From the NCBI GenBank assembly GCA_020536535.1, contig JAHLWZ010000803.1, forward strand, positions 1 to 64,000: a stretch of DNA of 64,000 bases. The letters are read 5' to 3'. Positions within the stretch are counted from its first letter, which is position 1, and the number at the start of each line of letters is the position of its first letter. Of the stretch, positions 56,401 through 64,000 are shown piece by piece. Source of the DNA: Pelomyxa schiedti. Its lineage: Eukaryota; Protista; Evosea. Position numbers and translations under genes: made by a program. The notes beneath the pieces were generated by a model. It was not told the DNA's origin. It searched no databases and was given only the letters and a program-made list of their open reading frames with translations.

Positions 56401-59400
56401 ACTGTCTGACAATCTTATCATTTTTTCTGGTAGAAATCTCACTGGGAGCGTACAAAATACTTTGGCTGTAGGCATGCACAATATCACTCTTGCAGCAACA
56501 AATCAATTTATGTCAAGCACCGCGACAAGCTTTATCACAGTAGGAAAAATTGAAATTGGTTGCACAGATACCAGCCCCGATATTGTTATTCTGAATTCCC
56601 CTTCAAACTCGAGCCACTACATACCACAGCCCGTCCTTTTTTCTTGGTCAAAGCCTGGGTTCAATTTCGGTATCAACTGCAATGGTTCCCAGAACACATA
56701 CATTGTTCAAACGAAAGTGGATACAGCCTCCACATGGAACACAACTCAAACAACGCTCACGACTTTTTCTCAAACGTTTGGCGATGGATTGTGGTGGTGG
56801 AATGTGATAGCCACAAACGGTATACTGTCAACGCAATCCCCTGATTTCTGTTTCAGTGTTTGCACAACAGCTCCTCCGCTACAACCCTCCCCACTAGCAC
56901 CCGTTGGCCCCATAATTGGATCCACAACAGTAACCTTTCAATGGAACTCGCCTTCATCATGGGGAAATCCATGTGGAAAATCCAGCTACATCATTTTTAC
57001 GATCAATAAAGTAGCAGTAACCCTGCAGGCAAATACTACTGAGTATACAATTAACCAACACATCACTCAAGAGAACACCTGGTCTGTCCAGGCATGTCTT
57101 GATGGTGCCATTTGCTCCTTAAAAGGGATAGCAAACTTCACACTCTGCACGCCATCTGCCCCTGTGTTACCTCCAACTTTACTTTCTCCACCCAACAATT
57201 TCATCACCACGGGTACTTCAGTTACTTTTTCCTGGACTCCTTTCCCTGCTGAAGATTGTAGTTCTTCCGCTTGGCACTACTCAGAGATTTTCATCAACAA
57301 AGCCAACCCACCCACATTTTACACAATTTCTAATGAGTCTTCCTTCATATTCCTTAAAGAGACTCAAGAAATAACGCAGTACTTCTGGTCTGTGAGATAC
57401 AACAATGGGTGGGGTTTTTCGCCATCTGCAACAACACAGACTTTTACAATGTGTACTACCCGGTCACCCACGTTACCTGAACAGCAACTTCCAATTGATG
57501 GTGAGGTTCTCCTAGAGGGGGAACCTATTGTTTTAAAGTGGATGTTGGGAGATTGGGGGGAAACCTGTGCAGACAGTGCCAAAGTGGTCATTGTCTACTT
57601 ATCACACAATGAAACTACTGAAAATGTATCTTACGAACTTCTCCTTGATCCTTTATCGACCAGGTGTGTAAAGTGACTCTCATAAACACTTACATTCTTC
57701 AGTTATGACTGCACAAAACTTGTCAATTACACAGGAGAGTGGACCTGGTCTGTAGCCGTGAACAATTCCCTGGAAACGGTCACTACATCTCTTTACTGCT
57801 TTCCTTTCACCTCTTCATTAGGTGGAACAGTCCTCAAAGAATTTCTACATCTGCCTGCAGCAAATACCAGATACTCCGATACCACTCAGCCCTGCCTCTG
57901 GTACTACATTTCAACAAACTACGGTGTTACTGCAGTGGGGAAATGTTCAATATGGAACCAGCTGTTTTTCTCATTCCCTAAGTCTCACATTATATCTGAG
58001 CAATACCCCAACGAGTATTGGTGCTATTGCCTCAGTTAGTCTTGCCACAAATTTTACTATCACTTTGCCCGCCGGTTTTTCCTTTTCCCGCAAACCTTCC
58101 ATATTTACCTACATTAGGTACATACTTCTGGCAATTAGACGCCTCAAATGGAGACCTGACATCACATAAATCGGCTATATTCAACTTTACAAGTACAATG
58201 TGCCTTCCTATCACTAAGGTCTCACTTTTTTACAGTTTGCATCTCTTCATATCCAGGGCTGCCAGCCCTGCTCTATCCTCCAAATGGAGCTGCCGACGTG
58301 CCTACCAACTCCAGCCCAGTTATAAGCACTTTATCGTATTGGGGCACAGAATGCACCACCGCAACTAATAGGATGTATCAACTATTAGTCTCCGACGAAG
58401 CAGGGGGGTCGATGGATCTAATAGATAGTGTGGCCTATAGTTATACTTCTCCAGCAGAAATATCTTTCCTTTTGCCACAGCCATGGGGCCAGCAACAGAG
58501 GTTGACCATTCATTACTTAGTGTAAAAATTTTCCAACTTGATCTTAACAAGGTACTGGTACAAAATAAGAGTTACAAATTGCGACCAGCTCGGGGCAGAA
58601 ACCCCTATAAGTTACTTTGATGCTTGCGACTTCCTGCTTCCCGCTGTGCCTGCTCTCAACTCTCCAAGTAATGGGAGTGTGAATGGAACATATCTACGGC
58701 AGAGTTTCTCTTGGAGCCGCGTGACAAACTACGGAAGAGAGTGCCGAGAAGACCTCTCAGATTGGTCTGTATTGCTCTTTTTCTCATTATGGAGATTCGA
58801 GGGTAAAAATCGCATTTCCACGCCATTGACTAAATTGTCTCCAGAATCAGACCTTTACTGGAATAGAACTATTAATTCAACCTTGGCCCCTGATTCAACC
58901 TCTACTTCTCTTGATAATCTCAGTCCTAATACATCATACAAGTGGGCAGTGGCATCTTCAAATGGCTACGAGATCTCTGTATCTGATTTCTTCTATTTTC
59001 GTACTCAAGTCAGGTTAGCCTTCAGTCAAAGGCTTTTGTCTTAATCCATTACTAGCTTATGTTATGATATTATCTGTGTTCACGGTTACTGTCAAATAAA
59101 TGAAGGTGTACCTTTTTGCCATTGTGATTCCGCTGACTGGCTCGGACCCCAATGCAATTCTACACACCCAGGTTTCTTGAATTCAAGTTTTCCATGATTA
59201 AATAAAACTTATTAGATGAGCCTAAGAGCAAGAATCACCTACCTCTACTTGCACTTTTAGCAATTCCATGTGTCATTGGCGTCTCCTTGGGGGCAGTAAT
59301 ATTCTTGTACAGAAAACGGAGGCAACGCATTAAACTGAACTCTGCTTCTTTGAATAAACTTCGGTATACCAATCTGTAAATATCACTACTGACTTCTTCA

Positions 59401-60806
59401 GATTCTCTGAAGTAAAAGTGAGTTCTTTTGGAACCGATGAGGAAATTACTCAAAAGCGGCAGACTATTGAGGAGCTGCTTGTACATTTCATCCTTGTTTT
59501 CCTAAAATAACTGGTGACAGAATCACGAAATTGAAGCCGGGATCTGGGCTACAGTGGACGTACTTGCATCTGAAACGCCAATAACCGAGTCTGAAAACGT
59601 TAGCAAAGCTCTCGTGTATATTTATGAGCACTACGGGAAAGCCAATGACATGGTATTTATTTTGACAATCACCTTGCTTCCTCACCTCTTTGCAAGATAA
59701 GACATTTGATACTATCTGAGATTATCAGAGCAGGTGACGACGCATCTACACTATTTAGATCTAATAGCTTTTCAACCAAATGTTTCAAGGTATCACTGAA
59801 ATTTGTTGTAACATACATTTTATACAAGTAGGTTTATTCAAAAATGGTTGGCCTATCTTATCTCTTCCAAACACTGGCTGTTTTGTTTGAAAGTATCCTT
59901 CAAGAATTTGTAGACAAACAGGTTAGGTAACATCTTTTTTCAATCACCAACTAAACTACTTATTTTAGGTGGACACAGGAGAATCCGTAGAGCTCGTAAC
60001 AACAGATTATGAAGTTTCTGCTTTCTTCTTCAAGAGTCAAATTTGTAATTTACTGCAGGTTGACCCTGAAGAAATGGATACAGGAGCTGATGCCGACTTG
60101 AACGCTATTGGCATCGAGCTTATCTGCACAAAATTCCTTGTTCAAATTCTGAGATCCTCCCCCAACCTCCCGGTTTCGATTTGTTCCATATGCTCCTTCT
60201 TGAAAGATGAAGTGGGTTCTCTTCCTCCCTTCAAGTCTTTGACAATAAATTTTCCAGGTCCACAAGAAATTTCCCGATAGTGTCTTCTCTTCTATTGGTT
60301 CTTTCTTGTTTCTCCGCTTCTTCAATCCAGCATTATCAGTTCCCGAAACGTATGTTACTAATTGTAACTCAGCAACTATAAACCAAAAAAACACAGGTAT
60401 GGAATCCTGTCAAAATCACCTCCTGGGGAAATAAGGCGGCAATTGATCATAATTGCAAAAATTTTACAAAACCTAGCTAATGGGGTGCAGTTTGGTGCCA
60501 AAGAACCCTTCATGGTTAAGTTCAATACTTTCCTTGAAACCAACACCCCTTCACTGAAAAGGTCAAACTTCATTTCTTTTCCAATGGTAACCTGTGAATA
60601 GCTTTTACGATGAAATATGTACTAAAGGGGCTGAAGAGCCTGCCAAACCCGTTCCCGTACCTCCAAAGTTTTTCTCTGATTCTCTCCTTGTTGTCTCTTC
60701 CGAGATGGTTCTTTCCCTGCCTTCTTTTTGCACCTCACTATTTAACCAGGAAGATATAAAGAAAAGAGAGAAACGCAACAAGCGCAAAACCAAAGTCAAG
60801 GACTGA
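53434..60806 (+). CDS. Single-pass receptor: signal peptide - SUEL lectin - C-type lectin - FN3-like array - EGF - TM - RasGAP
   Basis: Signal-like LVVVLLYPTIALG. SUEL: C..EVKLNC...EAKCEGVSSCQF...DP. CTLD: CYK...WANAAVTCQ...LASI...IWIGLSD|..FQWVDG...DCV...C..SRPSLCKK. EGF 59060-59155; TM 59239-59310 followed by RKRRQR. RasGAP: TLFRSNSFSTK (59751-), FLFLRFFNPAL (60303-), RRQLIIIAKILQNLANGVQFGAKEPFM. Confidence 0.85.
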
Positions 60807-60902
60807 AATACCCAATTTTAAATTAGGATTAGATTAGAAAAACTACCAGAATTTAGAGCAACTTGTCTAATTACTTTTGGCCATAAAAAACAAAAAAGAA
60901 AA

Positions 60903-61737
60903 ATGTCATCAGAAACCGGTTGCTGCCCAGGAAGTACGTCGACGGTCATTAATTGATATAAATAAACAAACCACAACACGGATCTTTGTGTTGGTGTTGT
61001 ATTTCCTTTCCGTACTAGTACGGGTTTTGTGGGTTTTCATCTCTGAGGCTTGAATAGAGCTCTATGATTTGTTCTCTTGGAAGTGTCGAATTACTTCAGC
61101 AACAGTAGTTGGACTTGCAACAACCACGTGGATATTGACAAATTGGTGCCGATTGAGCGTGTTGACATTTACGTCATTTGTGCTGTTGGCGTTGATGGTT
61201 GCTTTCTCGGCACACGTTTACGCCACTATGTTCTTCGAGACACATATTATTGGGCGAAAACCAGAGAACCCCTTCAAGTGTGCCCACTAACCCTTTCTTT
61301 TCTTTTCTAAGTCCCTTTATGCTACACAGGGATGCTCAGGCACCGAGTATTTCTTGTGATGTTGGGGAAGTCTCTGAGAGTATTGCCAACTTCATCAATT
61401 TTTGGATTGCTGAAATCACCAATATGTTGCATTACACCAACCCCAAGACAACTCTCAAGGTTCAACCCGTATAGACACTTCCCAACTTTTTCCTTAACGT
61501 TTTCTCGTGCAGTGCGTGGCGGGGCTTATTTTCACGATGCTTGTGGGGAAATGCGTTTCCGGTTGCACTTTTGTTTACCTCGCTGTGCTTTTGCCCTTTA
61601 TCCTCCTGCCACTGTACATCAAGCACGGGGAGACTGCACTTTGCTGTATCAACAGGATCCACGCACGGATCGGCACCCTATGCCCTGCTGTGTGCCCTGC
61701 TCCCCAAAAGGTGGATGAACACAAAAAGAGTGATTAA
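60903..61737 (+). CDS. Reticulon-domain protein
   Basis: LFSWKCRITSATVVG...LSVLTFTSFVLLAL...ENPF, then NPKTTLK|CVAGLIFTMLVGKCVSGCTFVYLAVLLPFILLPLYIKH: two long hydrophobic hairpins with reticulon spacing. Confidence 0.8.
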
Positions 61738-61836
61738 CAACAACACACCCACCCCTTTTTGGTTCTTTCTACCAATTAGGACACAGAGTACAAAATTGAC
61801 AAGTTTTTTTTATTTTCCATTGTTCTTACAAAATAG

Positions 61837-64000
61837 TTAGGGCTGTGATAGGTTGGGGCTTGTGTCACCACTTTTCCTTTCTTTTGTGCAACTTCCACTG
61901 GTGTTATTATCACTTTCGCCTTCACTGTCCACCATATGAAAGTAGTCTTCTAGAAGCCGAAAGACTCTACTGTAAATGCGATCACTAGAATGCTCTTGTA
62001 GCATTTCAAGGTACAAAACACCGTGTGATTGTTCTATTACCTAGGGTGCTGCAAGTTTAAAAACCAGGAATTTAGGGAGGTGTTACTTGAACAAAAGGGT
62101 TAATGGAATTTGGTGTGCAATAAGCATCCCCTGTTTTTAACACAGTTTCGATAGTCTAAAAGGAAATGTTGACATCGAGGTGAGTATTACAAAAACTTGA
62201 CCTCAATAATCACAGTTACCATCTTGGTATCACCACAACTTAGTAGTAAGCACATGGGCTCAATAAAATTCTGTGAAATGAGGGATCTAAATTGTGTGTT
62301 GGATGTATGTTATTTCGCCTGAGAATGTACCCAATATGTTCAGAGCCGCCGCCTGAAACGGCATTACATATTGCCCAACAAGCTTCTTTCTTAATTTCCA
62401 TATCTGTACTACTCATGCACTGAATTAATGGTGGAATGAGATCGGCATTTATTATGGCAGCAACTTGCTCTCTTCCAGGTTTCAGAAACTAAAGAACAAA
62501 GGAGAATAACCTGGTCCCAGCTGCAACATTTGACAACTGTTTTGTTTTAGCTATAAACTTTATTTTTTTTTAAATAAATCATACCACCCAGCAGGCCTCT
62601 TTTTTGATGCATTTTTTTGGGTTCTTTAACCTTTATGCTCAGGGTTAATAGAAGACCAAACACTGGAGACATACAAAGGTCCCATTGCAGGTAAGAGACC
62701 AGCATCAATTACCCCCTGGGTTTGAGTGTGCCTGAAAGATTTAGTACAAAAGCCTAAGAAGGAAAAAAAACTCACGTTCCAGTGACAATGTTCCCCAAAG
62801 CCCGCATTGCCGGAATTTGCATGTTGACATTGTTCACCTTAACAGGTTCATGTTTTGAAAACCGTAACTAAAGAAATGCATACTGAGAGAAGTGGGACAA
62901 CAACTCGACAAATCCCTGCCTCTAGAATAGCCTGATTCGGGATTTCACCCCCATCTGACAAGTAACTGAGACCCCTTTTGGTTGAAAAAAAAGGTTCGGT
63001 GTTGAAAAAATTTGCAAAGGCAATACCACAGGGCATCTGTTAGAACATCGATGTCATTGTACTGAAGTAACGCACACAATGTAGGCAAAACTAAAACAGA
63101 TGAAAAAGCATTCGCCATTGATAGGTAACATACCAGGTTTAATGGGAGAAAAATCTGGGGGTGGCTTTCCCCTACAAAGGTTTGATATCGTCCATGTCTA
63201 ATTATAGGGTAGAGTTATGGTAGTTGCTAAACCTAGCATACTGCATTACGTATCAGAGATATTGATGTTGAGTCTTGTGCTACTAGGCGAATCAATGGAG
63301 GTACAATCCCTACACGAATGACATAATCTCTGTAGGTTGAGCTATCACCAGCTATATTCCCTAACCCCCACACGGCCTTTTTTCCCCCCTGTCAGTACAG
63401 ACGATGTTGGTTTGGTGTTAACAACTTGTTCTCGAAGTTCTGGATCAGGAGATGACATTAACCCTATTAGAAGGGGTACAGCACCCGTTTCTATAACAGC
63501 CTGTGTTTGCTTGCTTGTACCACTGGCAACTTTAGTTAAAGGTTAATTTACACGTTGTTTTTTGGTTTCAGGATGATAAAAGGGCTATACTGTTTGTAAT
63601 TGCCCAAGCAGCTTCAAATTGTAATTTTGGGTTATCTAACTTGGGTTTTTTTTATAAAATGAATGCCAAAAAATACAGCACTGTTAACGAGAAGTTCTTA
63701 AAAAGTGGAAAGATACCACGGAAAGAAATTGCACAAGCCGTGGAAGCACCCCACTGTCAATAACTTCAGCAATTGGTGGGTTGTGCTCTGCAACAGGGAC
63801 AGAGTGAGGTGGAAGAGTTTCTTTTTCAAAAAAATTGGGATTTTGCGGAGTGTCTTTTTAAGGAGCATACCAACAGAGAGGAGTTGTCTGATTTGCTGCG
63901 TTGCGGGAAAGTGTAGAGACGTGTCATTTCCCATGCACGCTGCAACCATTTGTGCTAGTGTCTTTGAGAAAGTCATTTCCCATCAAGTGTGCTAGTCACG
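61837..64000 (-). CDS. KPNA: Importin alpha (karyopherin alpha), 5'-truncated by window edge
   Basis: ARM repeats [31 protein letters not shown]|[21 protein letters not shown]|[15 protein letters not shown], and C-terminal LEMLQEH...[13 protein letters not shown]. Confidence 0.95.

Noticed and set aside
53434-60806. Orthology of the receptor-RasGAP to plexins
   Set aside because: No Sema/PSI/IPT pattern, and the GAP domain is contiguous with no RBD insertion and NF1-like motifs.

Overview
This is gene-dense, intron-rich nuclear DNA from a microbial eukaryote. Most introns are GT-AG and about 35-80 nt, and TAA, TAG and TGA all act as stops, so the standard code fits. An amoeboid protist is plausible, but that is inference only. 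Splicing the exons by hand gives about 28 protein-coding genes and one 100-N scaffold gap; I found no tRNA, rRNA, CRISPR array or transposon. Clearly recognisable genes: type I DnaJ, dual-specificity phosphatase, Rim2/SLC25A33-36-like carrier, Tra2/SR45a-like RRM protein, PABP, RTRAF, NADP-isocitrate dehydrogenase, FCP1-like HAD protein, Amt ammonium transporter, C1-SH3 protein, Aa_trans transporter, Piwi-clade Argonaute, NADAR, RPB5, NHL-repeat protein, UBE2Q-like E2, reticulon and a partial importin alpha. The most striking item is a 7.4-kb gene for a single-pass receptor. Its ectodomain (SUEL lectin, C-type lectin, about 10 FN3-like modules, EGF) is joined through a TM helix to an NF1-type RasGAP domain with both key arginine motifs intact, i.e. 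a plexin-like receptor-GAP logic built from different parts. Also notable: an F-box fused to a TMEM185-like multipass domain, a secreted bacterial-type DUF4434 hydrolase, Piwi directly followed by NADAR, a likely unproductive alternative splice site in the Tra2-like gene, and CpG-rich gene starts versus CpG-poor gene bodies. All gene models are manual and some boundaries are approximate. No database search could be run, so novelty is unverified.
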